Source: Pseudomonas aeruginosa (GTDB taxonomy: Bacteria > Pseudomonadota > Gammaproteobacteria > Pseudomonadales > Pseudomonadaceae). From it: 32,000 nt of DNA. The notes below the pieces were generated by a model. That model had not been told where the DNA came from. It saw nothing but the letters and a program-made list of their open reading frames with translations, and did no database searches. This document shows positions 1 to 9,153 of this stretch, piece after piece; position 1 is the first letter of the stretch, and each line of letters starts with the position of its first letter. Location: NCBI RefSeq assembly GCF_001457615.1, contig NZ_LN831024.1, positions 1,950,001-1,982,000 on the forward strand, in the 5' to 3' direction. The translations under genes were made by a program, and so were the position numbers.

Positions 1-157
1 AAGAGCGGCGCTATTTTTGCTTTTGAGAGTCGCCTGGTGCTCCAAGTGCTCAATATTAGGGGCGTGTGATTCTCTATTTTCATCGCGGAGCACTTTTTCT
101 ATGATTGTTTTTTTATTTTTTACTCATTGTTTTCTCTTTTTTATGGTTTAGAAAAGT

Positions 158-1582
158 ATGCTGGGAAAACATAGTCTGGTTTATTTTTTGTTCAAGTCTT
201 TTCCGGCGATATTGACTCTTGTCGGTCTTTCCGTTTTTACTCGTCTGTTAAGTCCGGGTGAGTATGGAGTCTATTCGCTGACAATTATAGTTGTTGGCTT
301 CCTCAATACGGTTTTCTTGCAATGGGTGGCGCTGGGGGTTGGTCGTTATCTGCCTGAGTGTAGTGATGACCAAGCTCGGGCGAGGCTTCTTGGCACGGCT
401 AGGGCCATTAGCTTCCTTGTTTCACTCGTTATCATATTCGTCACGTTCCTGCTTTGGGAGTGGCGTGAAGAGATAGGTTTCTCTATTCTTTATTATATGG
501 TCGGTTTTCTTTGCCTGGCACAGGCTTGGCATGATTTGAATCTGAAGATTCAAAATGCGATCTTGCAGCCTCTGACCTACGGGAAAATGTTGTTGATCAA
601 AGGGGCTGGAAGCTTCTTTATCGGTGTTCTCCTTGTTTATTTCGGGTTTGGCGTTGATGGTTTGCTGCTGGGTACGCTTGTGTCTCTGGTACTGGCGACC
701 ATTTTCTTCCAAGATGCGTGGCGGGGAGTCAGTTGGGCGTTGGTAGACAAGGAGCAGTTAACCAGGTTGTTTGCCTATGGTGCACCACTGACGCTTACTT
801 TCCTTTTTGCATTCATAGTCAATGCGTCTGATCGCTTCTTTATTGGGGCATTTCTGGGGGATGCCGCGGTAGGTGTCTACTCGGTGTCATATGACCTAGC
901 GCAATATAGTGTTGGTACAGTGGCTTCTGTCGTTCACCTGGCGGCTTTTCCGCTGGTAATGGAGAAACTTTCCAAGAGCGGCTTGCCACAGACACAGGAC
1001 CAACTGCGGAAGACCTTTATTTTTATCTTTGCAGTAGTCTCGCCTGCTGCCTGTGGTCTGGCCATGGTGGCTCCGGAAATTTCAGGATCTATTATGGGCG
1101 AAGAGTTTCGTGAGGGTGCCCTAAAGATAATTCCGTTGATATCCCTTTCGGCTTTTCTGGGGGCCTTGAAATCTTTTTACTTTGACTACTCTTTCCAATT
1201 GGCTAGTGCTACACGAGTGCAGGTTGTGACAGTGGCGGTGTCGGCAGTGGTTGATGTTGTTTTTAATTTAATCCTTATTCCGGAGTTTGGGATAGTTGGC
1301 GCGGCGGTATCTTCTGTTATGGCGTTTTCCTCTGCAATACTAATTAGTATCTTCTTGGGGCGACGTGTTTTCCCAATGCCCGCCCTTCCGGGGAAAGATG
1401 CTATGAAAATTGCGTTGTCTGTGCTGTTGATGGCGGTGTCAGTTGCATCCTTCAGTTTGGAGAGTGCTTTTTTTGGCCTGGTTGTGAAAGTTGTCTTGGG
1501 GGGAGGGGTCTATTTGGCGGCAATGATTGCTCTTGATGTATCTGGCATGCGTACTTTCCTGAAGAGCAAGCTAATTCGATGA
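158..1582 (+). CDS. wzx: O-antigen flippase (Wzx-like, polysaccharide biosynthesis/MATE-type membrane protein)
   Basis: 474-aa ORF, highly hydrophobic multi-TM protein; N-terminus resembles Wzx/RfbX family (GLSVFTRLLSPGEYGVYSL...); low GC; first ORF of a wbp cluster. Confidence 0.85.
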   Translation: MLGKHSLVYFLFKSFPAILTLVGLSVFTRLLSPGEYGVYSLTIIVVGFLNTVFLQWVALGVGRYLPECSDDQARARLLGTARAISFLVSLVIIFVTFLLWEWREEIGFSILYYMVGFLCLAQAWHDLNLKIQNAILQPLTYGKMLLIKGAGSFFIGVLLVYFGFGVDGLLLGTLVSLVLATIFFQDAWRGVSWALVDKEQLTRLFAYGAPLTLTFLFAFIVNASDRFFIGAFLGDAAVGVYSVSYDLAQYSVGTVASVVHLAAFPLVMEKLSKSGLPQTQDQLRKTFIFIFAVVSPAACGLAMVAPEISGSIMGEEFREGALKIIPLISLSAFLGALKSFYFDYSFQLASATRVQVVTVAVSAVVDVVFNLILIPEFGIVGAAVSSVMAFSSAILISIFLGRRVFPMPALPGKDAMKIALSVLLMAVSVASFSLESAFFGLVVKVVLGGGVYLAAMIALDVSGMRTFLKSKLIR

Positions 1583-1703
1583 TAAGCAGTATGCCGACTT
1601 GCTTTCTGTTTGGAGGGGATGGGGCCCGGTTTGGTGGGGAGTGCCCAGAGCACTGCGATCTCCCGTTGGACAGGCGTGTCCAGGAATCAAGGAGGGGTAA
1701 ATC

Positions 1704-2750
1704 ATGATAGCGGAGCTCCCAGCAGTGCGGGTTCGGGCTTTTACCCAAGGTAGATCCGTTCCCAGTTCGAGATTTCGCGTGAAGGCTCTGCTCGAAGGGC
1801 TTGGCACGCGAGGTATCGACATGCATATGTCGGAAGCGCTGGTCTCTGCCTATCCTCCGCCTCGTCGACTGGATCGCCCGCTTTGGTTGCTGAGAGAACT
1901 GCTTCACCGCCTTCCTCAGGTAATCGGCTCTTACGGAAGTGACGTTGTGATCCTTCAACGAGAGCTTCTCTCGACAATTCCAACTCTTGAGTTTCTTACC
2001 AAGGCGCCCAGAATTCTGGATGTCGATGATGCAATATGGCTGCATCGTAGGGGGATCGCCGCGAATTCGATTGCTCGTCGTGTCGACCATATCGTGTGTG
2101 GCAATCAATACCTGGCCGATTACTTCGGTCAGTTCGGTAGGCCGACTACGATCATTCCGACGGGCGTCGATACTCTTCGTTTTTCACCCAGAAGGGAACG
2201 CAGGGAGAATAGAGTGATCGGCTGGTCCGGCACGTCGGGTGGCTACCGCTTTCTTTATGACATAGAAATCCCGCTGTCCCACCTGTTCAGAGATCACCCC
2301 GAATGGAAATTGAGGATCGTTTCGGACCGTCCTCCCGAGTTCAAGGTCATTCCAGCCGAAAAGGTTGAGTTCATTCGCTGGACAGAGACCAATGAGGTCG
2401 AAACGATTGCCGGAATGGATATCGGTATAATGCCTCTTGCCGATGATCTATGGTCGAGGGGGAAGTGTAGCTACAAAATGTTGCTTTATATGGCCTGTGG
2501 CTTGCCGGTAGTGGTTTCCGAGTATGGTATGAACCGCGATGTTCTAGCCCGAGGCTTCATCGGATATGGTGCGGTGGACGACGAGGGCTGGTATGAGTCA
2601 CTTGCGGCTTTGGTCAAAGATCCGGAAGCCCGTGTGCGTGCAGGGCAAAATGGAAGAGATATTATCGAAAGGCACTATTCTCTCGATGTCGTTTGTGACC
2701 TGTGGGCAATGGTCATTGGCTCGGTAGCGCCTGGAAAGGGAACGAGGTGA
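1704..2750 (+). CDS. wbpR: Glycosyltransferase (GT4-like), O-antigen biosynthesis
   Basis: 348-aa ORF with ATG after AAGGAGGGG Shine-Dalgarno; motifs DDAIWLHRRG..., IIPTGVD, GIMPLADDLWSRGKCSYKMLLYMACGLPVVVSEYG; symbol assigned from O6-like gene order. Confidence 0.75.
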   Translation: MIAELPAVRVRAFTQGRSVPSSRFRVKALLEGLGTRGIDMHMSEALVSAYPPPRRLDRPLWLLRELLHRLPQVIGSYGSDVVILQRELLSTIPTLEFLTKAPRILDVDDAIWLHRRGIAANSIARRVDHIVCGNQYLADYFGQFGRPTTIIPTGVDTLRFSPRRERRENRVIGWSGTSGGYRFLYDIEIPLSHLFRDHPEWKLRIVSDRPPEFKVIPAEKVEFIRWTETNEVETIAGMDIGIMPLADDLWSRGKCSYKMLLYMACGLPVVVSEYGMNRDVLARGFIGYGAVDDEGWYESLAALVKDPEARVRAGQNGRDIIERHYSLDVVCDLWAMVIGSVAPGKGTR

Positions 2751-2754
2751 TTTG

Positions 2755-4638
2755 ATGTGTGGTATCGCTGGCTTCTGGAATATTACGGGAACTCTCCTAG
2801 GGGATAATGCACGTGTGGCCCGGCAGATGGCTGCCGCCATACATCATCGTGGACCGGATGAGTCGGGGATTTGGTACGAGGCTCCGCGCGCCCCGATACT
2901 TGTCCATGCGCGTCTTGCGGTTCTGGAGCTTTCCCCCGCAGGCAGCCAGCCCATGCACTCCGACTGTGGTCGGTATGTGCTGATTTACAATGGCGAGATA
3001 TACAACCATCTGGCTCTTAGGGCTCGCCTGAGCGAGGCAGGTGTAACACATTCCTGGCGTGGCGGATCGGACACCGAAACCTTATTGGCATGCTTTGCCC
3101 AATGGGGCGTGGAGAGTACCCTCAAGCTCACCGTGGGTATGTTCGCTCTGGCCTTGTGGGATCGACAGGAGAAAACAATTACTCTGGCTCGTGATCGAAT
3201 GGGCGAAAAGCCTCTCTATTGGGGCTGGCAGAATGGCGTGCTTTTTTTTGCATCCGAACTGAAGGCCCTGAAAGAACATCCGCTTTTTAGGGGGGATATT
3301 GATAGAGATGCCTTGGCCCTATTTCTACGATATGGATATGTCCCGGCTCCCTATAGTATTTATAAAGGTATCGGGAAGCTAAGGGCAGGGAGCTATTTGG
3401 TCCTATCGGAACGTTCATTGAACGAGACCTGCGAACCTGCTGCCTATTGGAGTGCGAACGCCGCGATAGAAGAGGCTCTCTCCAATCCATTCCAGGGAAC
3501 GGATGCCGAGGCAGTTGATCTTCTGGAAAGCCAGTTGAGAACTAGCATATCGGATCAGATGGTCTCCGATGTTCCTTTGGGAGCTTTTCTGAGCGGTGGG
3601 GTGGATAGTAGTACGGTCGTGGCGCTGATGCAGCAGCAGTCCTCACGCCCTATACGGACATTCTCTATTGGCTTTGATGAGCCTGGGTATGATGAGGCTG
3701 TTTACGCAAAGGCGGTTGCAGAACATATCGGTACCGATCATACAGAGCTCTATGTCAATTCAAAAGATGCTCTAGATGTAATTCCATCTTTGCCAAAGAT
3801 CTACTGTGAGCCATTTGGTGACAGTTCGCAGATACCAACCTTGATTGTCAGTGGATTGGCCAGGCAGCAAGTTACTGTTGCGCTGAGTGGAGATGGTGGT
3901 GATGAACTGTTTGGCGGCTACAATCCCTATCAGTTTACTCCCCGTGTCTGGCGCATGCTGGAGCGATTTCCTCATTCCATGCGGCGTTTCGCATCGGCTT
4001 TTGCTCAGGATTTACCTTTACCTGACAAGTTGGGGAAGCTGCGTGACGTATTTGCTTCGAGGACGGCCGAGGAGCTTTTCTATCGATTGAACAGTCACTG
4101 GAGAAATCACGAATACCCGGTCATAGGTGCACAAGGTCACACGGCACTATTGGATACTCCAGAAAGATGGCCAAGGGTGGACTCGTTCCAGCACTGGATG
4201 ATGGCCATGGATGTTCAGGGCTACATGCCTGACGACATTCTGGTGAAGGTAGACAGAGCAGCGATGGCTAACAGCCTGGAAACCCGGGTTCCACTGATAG
4301 ACCATCGCGTGTTCGAACTGGCTTGGCGCATGCCGTTGCATATGAAGATTCGCAATGGAAAAGGAAAGTGGTTGCTTCGTGAAGTCTTGTATAGGCATGT
4401 TTCGCGAGAGCTCATAGAGCGGCCCAAGAAGGGGTTTTCCGTTCCTGTCTCCGATTGGCTGAGAGGCCCTCTGAAAGAGTGGGCTGAATCGCTGCTTGAT
4501 GAGCGACGCCTTCAGCAAGAAGGTTATTTGGATAGTAGGTTGATACGCAGGATCTGGAACGACCACTTGGCGGGAAGGCGGGACCACTCAAGACGCCTCT
4601 GGAGTGTTCTCATGTTCCAAGCGTGGTTGGAGTCATGA
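2755..4638 (+). CDS. wbpS: Asparagine synthase (glutamine-hydrolysing)-like amidotransferase, probably amidates a uronic acid of the O-unit
   Basis: MCGIAGFWN... class-II glutamine amidotransferase N-terminus with Cys at position 2, SGGVDSSTVVALM PP-loop motif, full AsnB length; track start 2752 is TTG, ATG at 2755 exposes the catalytic Cys. Confidence 0.85.
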   Translation: MCGIAGFWNITGTLLGDNARVARQMAAAIHHRGPDESGIWYEAPRAPILVHARLAVLELSPAGSQPMHSDCGRYVLIYNGEIYNHLALRARLSEAGVTHSWRGGSDTETLLACFAQWGVESTLKLTVGMFALALWDRQEKTITLARDRMGEKPLYWGWQNGVLFFASELKALKEHPLFRGDIDRDALALFLRYGYVPAPYSIYKGIGKLRAGSYLVLSERSLNETCEPAAYWSANAAIEEALSNPFQGTDAEAVDLLESQLRTSISDQMVSDVPLGAFLSGGVDSSTVVALMQQQSSRPIRTFSIGFDEPGYDEAVYAKAVAEHIGTDHTELYVNSKDALDVIPSLPKIYCEPFGDSSQIPTLIVSGLARQQVTVALSGDGGDELFGGYNPYQFTPRVWRMLERFPHSMRRFASAFAQDLPLPDKLGKLRDVFASRTAEELFYRLNSHWRNHEYPVIGAQGHTALLDTPERWPRVDSFQHWMMAMDVQGYMPDDILVKVDRAAMANSLETRVPLIDHRVFELAWRMPLHMKIRNGKGKWLLREVLYRHVSRELIERPKKGFSVPVSDWLRGPLKEWAESLLDERRLQQEGYLDSRLIRRIWNDHLAGRRDHSRRLWSVLMFQAWLES

Positions 4639-5786
4639 CCACAGTAAAAGTTATCCACGTGATAGCCGGCCTGAAGAAAGTCGGCGGTGCTGAGCTAATG
4701 CTCAAGCGGTTGATCGAGACTCAAAATGGCGGCAGTGAATTCGAACATTCGATTATTTCACTGTCTGATCTTGGTGAGTTTGGGCAGGGTCTGATTGAGG
4801 CTGGTATATCTGTTGATGTGCTTGGCATGACCTCGATGAGGGATATGCCTCGAGTGCTCCTTCGTCTGATAGGGATATTTCGTGAAAGGAGGCCCGATAT
4901 AGTCCAAACATGGATGTATCATTCCGATCTTCTTGGTGGATTGGCTGCCAGAATGGCCGGTATTGGCGGGATTATATGGGGAGTCCGCACGACCGACCTT
5001 CAAGAGGGCGGCAAGAGTACGACTGTTCTGGTACGGAAGGTGTGTGCCTGGCTATCCGGATTCTTGCCAAAATATATTGTTTGCGCCGCCGAGGCCTCAA
5101 GGCGCTCACACATTGCTGTTGGCTACAACGCAAGCAGGATGCTGGTCATTCCCAACGGTTTCGATCTCACTCGCCTGCAGGCGACCGACGAACAGCGGTC
5201 CGCTATCAGGAGTGGAGCTGGCATAGAGGCCAGCGATATCGTGATTGGCAGTCTAGGCAGATTCCACCCGGTAAAGGATCATGCTTCCTTTGTCGCAGCT
5301 GCCGGTCTGCTGGCTCCACGTTATTCGCGCTTGAAGTTTCTTTTGGTGGGACGGGAGCTGCTGTCTTCCAATGCTGAATTGCAGCGCCTCATCGAAGCTA
5401 CCGGGTATGCGGAGCGCTTCATCCTGCTTGGAGAGCGGCAAGATGTAGCTTCGTGTCTGAAAGCCATGGATATCTTCTGTCTGCATTCTCGCACGGAGGG
5501 ATTCCCCAATGTTCTTGGTGAAGCCATGGCCATGGGATTGCCTTGTATTACCACTGATGTGGGGGATGCGGCTTATTTGCTAGGTAACGACGGTGTCGTC
5601 GTTCCGGCCTTGGATCCGAATGCGCTCGGCAAAGGTATCGAGGATCTCATTGCGTTGGATGTCGAGGGTCGTCGGGCACTTGGTGAGGCTGCAAGACAGA
5701 GGATTTACTCGAACTTCACGATGGCCAGTGCCTCTCAGCGTTTCATGAGTCTGTATCGCGACATTCTTGTAAAAAGAAAAGCTTGA
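4635..5786 (+). CDS. wbpT: Glycosyltransferase family 4 (O-antigen)
   Basis: GT4 features (KKVGGAELMLKRLIE, IVIGSLGRFHPVKDHASFVAAA, LHSRTEGFPNVLGEAMAMGLPCITTDVG); ATG at 4635 overlaps the upstream stop (ATGA); symbol from gene order. Confidence 0.8.
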   Translation: MTTVKVIHVIAGLKKVGGAELMLKRLIETQNGGSEFEHSIISLSDLGEFGQGLIEAGISVDVLGMTSMRDMPRVLLRLIGIFRERRPDIVQTWMYHSDLLGGLAARMAGIGGIIWGVRTTDLQEGGKSTTVLVRKVCAWLSGFLPKYIVCAAEASRRSHIAVGYNASRMLVIPNGFDLTRLQATDEQRSAIRSGAGIEASDIVIGSLGRFHPVKDHASFVAAAGLLAPRYSRLKFLLVGRELLSSNAELQRLIEATGYAERFILLGERQDVASCLKAMDIFCLHSRTEGFPNVLGEAMAMGLPCITTDVGDAAYLLGNDGVVVPALDPNALGKGIEDLIALDVEGRRALGEAARQRIYSNFTMASASQRFMSLYRDILVKRKA

Positions 5787-5829
5787 CGAGCTTGAAGGTT
5801 ATGTTTGTAAAACGCATCGAGGAGTTTGC

Positions 5830-6960
5830 ATGAAGCCGGTATTGTTGATGATAGTGAACGACCCGGCTTTCTTCATGTCTCACCGTTTACCGGTCGCTGT
5901 CGGAGCCCAGCAGGCTGGTTTCCAGGTACATATCGCCACACGCCCTGGTGACGCGGTGAAAAAGATCGTCTCCCAAGGTTTTCTGCATCATGAATTGCCA
6001 CTGTCCAGAAGCGGAAAAAATCCTTTTTCAGAGCTGTATCTGCTGACTTATGTCTGGCGCCTTTTGTGGAGATTGCGGCCTGATGTTTTACACTTGGTTA
6101 CCATCAAGCCGGTAATCTATGGCGGTATCGCCGCACGCTTGGCGCCGGTGAAGGGGGTCGTGGCGGCCGTTTCCGGACTTGGTTTCGTTTTCATGGCCAA
6201 GGGTCTGAAGGCCTGCGCGTTTCGTGCCTGTGTCGCCTGGCTTTATCGGCGGGCTTTGGGCAAGAAAAAGTTGCGTGTCATCTTTCAAAATCCCGATGAT
6301 CGGGACGCGCTGATCGGCCTGGGTGCGATCACTTTTGAAAAGTCCGTCCTGATTCGCGGTTCGGGGGTCGACCTGACGCAGTACCAGCCGGCCCCGGAAA
6401 GCCCCGAAACGCCGGTGGTCACATTGGCGGCTCGGTTGCTCAGGGACAAGGGTGTGCTGGAATTCGTCGAAGCGGCAAATATCCTTAGGCAGCGCAGCGT
6501 ACCGGCACATTTTCAACTGGTCGGAGACCTGGATCCTGGGAACCCCACCAGTATCGAGCCGTCCGAACTAGAGCGTTGGCGTAGCGAGGGCACGATCGAG
6601 TGTCTTGGTTATCGCCAGGATATCGCGTCTGTCTTCGCCCGTTCGCATATAGTCGTTCTGCCTTCTTATCGTGAAGGGCTTCCCAAGGTCCTGGTCGAGG
6701 CGTCGGCGTGCGGGCGTGCGGTTGTGACGACCGATGTACCGGGTTGCCGGGATGCAATCCAGGCTGATGTTACGGGCCTGCTCGTGCCGGTGCGTGATTC
6801 TGCTGCTCTGGCGGATGCCATTCAGCGTCTTATCGAGTCGCCAGAGTTGCGCAAGAAGATGGGAGCTGCTGGGCGAGCGTTGGCAGAGCGTGATTTTGCG
6901 ATCGAAAGTATCGTCCAACAGCACCTGGATATTTATCGGGCACTAGGGAGCGGAGCTTGA
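5830..6960 (+). CDS. wbpU: Glycosyltransferase family 4 (O-antigen)
   Basis: 376 aa; VTLAARLLRDKGVLEFVEAA and LPSYREGLPKVLVEASACGRAVVTTDVPGCRD motifs; symbol from gene order. Confidence 0.8.
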   Translation: MKPVLLMIVNDPAFFMSHRLPVAVGAQQAGFQVHIATRPGDAVKKIVSQGFLHHELPLSRSGKNPFSELYLLTYVWRLLWRLRPDVLHLVTIKPVIYGGIAARLAPVKGVVAAVSGLGFVFMAKGLKACAFRACVAWLYRRALGKKKLRVIFQNPDDRDALIGLGAITFEKSVLIRGSGVDLTQYQPAPESPETPVVTLAARLLRDKGVLEFVEAANILRQRSVPAHFQLVGDLDPGNPTSIEPSELERWRSEGTIECLGYRQDIASVFARSHIVVLPSYREGLPKVLVEASACGRAVVTTDVPGCRDAIQADVTGLLVPVRDSAALADAIQRLIESPELRKKMGAAGRALAERDFAIESIVQQHLDIYRALGSGA

Positions 6961-7919
6961 CGCGACATAATGTATTGGTAACGGGGGCAACCGGATTCAT
7001 CGGGGCCGCGCTGGTCAATAGTCTCTGTTCTTCCGGGCAGTACAAGGTTTGGGCCGGGTGCCGCCGAAGAGGTGGGGCCTGGCCTCGAGGGGTTACTCCC
7101 TTGCTTCTGGGTGAACTGGGCAGTTCTGTTGTCTGGGATGCGGAGTCGGCCATCGATACGGTGGTTCATTGCGCTGCCCGCGTGCATGTCATGAGCGAGA
7201 CGGCCTCCGATCCGCTCGTCGAGTTCCGCAAGGCCAACGTTCAGGGGACACTTGATCTGGCCCGGGAGGCCGTATCCCGGGGAGTGCGGCGTTTCATCTT
7301 TATCAGCTCGATAAAGGTCAATGGCGAGGGAACTGAGCCCGGTCGGCCCTATACTGCGGACAGTCCGCCCAATCCTGTCGATCCCTATGGCGTTTCCAAA
7401 CGGGAAGCGGAGCAAGCGCTATTGGATCTGGCGGAAGAGACCGGACTGGAGGTTGTGATCATCCGACCGGTCCTGGTTTATGGTCCAGGGGTCAAGGCCA
7501 ACGTACAGACCATGATGCGCTGGCTGAAGCGCGGCGTGCCCCTCCCTCTAGGGGCTATTCATAATCGGCGTAGTCTGGTGTCGCTGGATAATCTTGTCGA
7601 CCTCATCATCACCTGCATCGAGCATCCGGCTGCGGTCGGGCAAGTTTTCCTCGTAAGCGACGGTGAGGATCTTTCCACCACCGAGTTGCTGCGGAGAATG
7701 GGACGCGCCTTGGGCGCTCCCGCTCGCCTGCTGCCTGTTCCCGCCAGTTGGATCGGTGCAGCGGCGAAAGTTCTGAACAGGCAGGCATTTGCTCGCCGCC
7801 TGTGCGGCTCATTGCAAGTCGATATCATGAAAACCCGCCAAGTGCTTGGCTGGACTCCGCCGGTAGGGGTGGACCAGGCATTGGAGAAAACCGCCCGCTC
7901 TTTCCTGGATCGCCAATGA
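6957..7919 (+). CDS. wbpV: NAD-dependent epimerase/dehydratase (nucleotide-sugar C4 reductase/epimerase-like)
   Basis: 320 aa, NVLVTGATGFIGAALV Rossmann motif, YGVSKREAE (YxxxK) catalytic motif; TTG start overlapping upstream TGA. Confidence 0.8.
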   Translation: MTRHNVLVTGATGFIGAALVNSLCSSGQYKVWAGCRRRGGAWPRGVTPLLLGELGSSVVWDAESAIDTVVHCAARVHVMSETASDPLVEFRKANVQGTLDLAREAVSRGVRRFIFISSIKVNGEGTEPGRPYTADSPPNPVDPYGVSKREAEQALLDLAEETGLEVVIIRPVLVYGPGVKANVQTMMRWLKRGVPLPLGAIHNRRSLVSLDNLVDLIITCIEHPAAVGQVFLVSDGEDLSTTELLRRMGRALGAPARLLPVPASWIGAAAKVLNRQAFARRLCGSLQVDIMKTRQVLGWTPPVGVDQALEKTARSFLDRQ

Positions 7920-8956
7920 TGAATCTATGGTTGTTGTTGCCGGCGGTTGCCGCTCTTTCCCTGCTGTTGACCGCCGGCTTGCGCCGTTACGCGATTGCCC
8001 GCAGCTTGATCGATGTACCCAATGCTCGAAGTTCTCACCAGGTGCCGACGCCTAGGGGGGGCGGTGTCGCTATCGTGCTCTCCTTCCTGCTGGCAGTGCT
8101 GCTTGCGGCGATATTGGGCGCGGTGAAACCGGATCTGGCCACTGGTATCCTGGGGGCGGGTATTGGGATCGCATTGCTGGGCTTCCTCGACGATCATGGC
8201 CATATCGCTGCCCGTTGGCGTTTGCTCGGCCATTTCGCCGGTGCTTGCTGGCTGCTGTACTGGCTTGGAGGTTTGCCTGCATTGGCCTTTTTCGGCCTTG
8301 TGGTCGATCTGGGGTGGGTTGGACACATAGCTGCGGCGTTCTATCTGGTATGGATGCTCAATCTCTACAATTTCATGGACGGTATCGATGGGATTGCCAG
8401 CGTTGAGGCTGTGTGTGTGTGCGTTGGCGCTGCCCTGCTTGTCGTGGTCAGTGGTGTAGGTTCCGATGAGGCATCCCAGGGCGTTTGGTTGGCGGCGCTG
8501 CTGGCAGCCGCGGTGACGGGGTTCCTTTTCTGGAATTTCCCTCCTGCGCGGATCTTCATGGGGGATGCTGGTAGCGGTTTCTTGGGGGTTATCATTGGTG
8601 GCCTTTCCCTGCAAGCCGCATGGGTCTCGCCGCAACTCTTCTGGGGTTGGCTCATCCTGCTGGGGGTATTCATTGTTGATGCTACCCTGACCTTGTTGCG
8701 CCGGTTGCTGCGGGGAGACAAGGTTTATGAGGCGCATCGCAGTCACGCATACCAGTATGCTTCTCGTCATTACGGGCGTCATCTTCCTGTTACCCTGGCA
8801 GTGGGAGGCATCAACATCTTCTGGTTGTTGCCACTGGCACTGCTTGTCGCAGCGGGGAAGATCGACGGCATGCTTGCTTTGTTGATTGGCTACCTGCCTC
8901 TGGCGTTCCTGGCGCTCCGTTTTAAGGCCGGAGTCCTGGAATCACGCGCTGCTTGA
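7919..8956 (+). CDS. wbpL: Initiating glycosyltransferase WbpL (WecA/MraY-like undecaprenyl-phosphate GlcNAc/FucNAc-1-P transferase)
   Basis: Multi-TM GT4-type polyprenyl-P transferase: VPNARSSHQVPTPRGGG, GFLDDHGH, NLYNFMDGIDGIA, FMGDAGSGFLG; ATG at 7916/7919 overlaps upstream stop; the longer track ORF start (7748) lies inside wbpV. Confidence 0.9.
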   Translation: MNLWLLLPAVAALSLLLTAGLRRYAIARSLIDVPNARSSHQVPTPRGGGVAIVLSFLLAVLLAAILGAVKPDLATGILGAGIGIALLGFLDDHGHIAARWRLLGHFAGACWLLYWLGGLPALAFFGLVVDLGWVGHIAAAFYLVWMLNLYNFMDGIDGIASVEAVCVCVGAALLVVVSGVGSDEASQGVWLAALLAAAVTGFLFWNFPPARIFMGDAGSGFLGVIIGGLSLQAAWVSPQLFWGWLILLGVFIVDATLTLLRRLLRGDKVYEAHRSHAYQYASRHYGRHLPVTLAVGGINIFWLLPLALLVAAGKIDGMLALLIGYLPLAFLALRFKAGVLESRAA

Positions 8957-9153
8957 ATGTCCCGGTTGGCTGGAGGCGCGGGACGATTTTCCGGGAACGT
9001 ATAATATGAAAGGAATGTGCAAGCGATGATCAGTAGTGACTACTGCCGATAGCGTGATTTGGGTTCCGGAATGGTATTTGCCAGACCAAGGAAATGGACT
9101 GCCCGGACTTGTTCGGGTGGATGCGGGTGCAGTGAAGGGGGCTGATTAATAGG

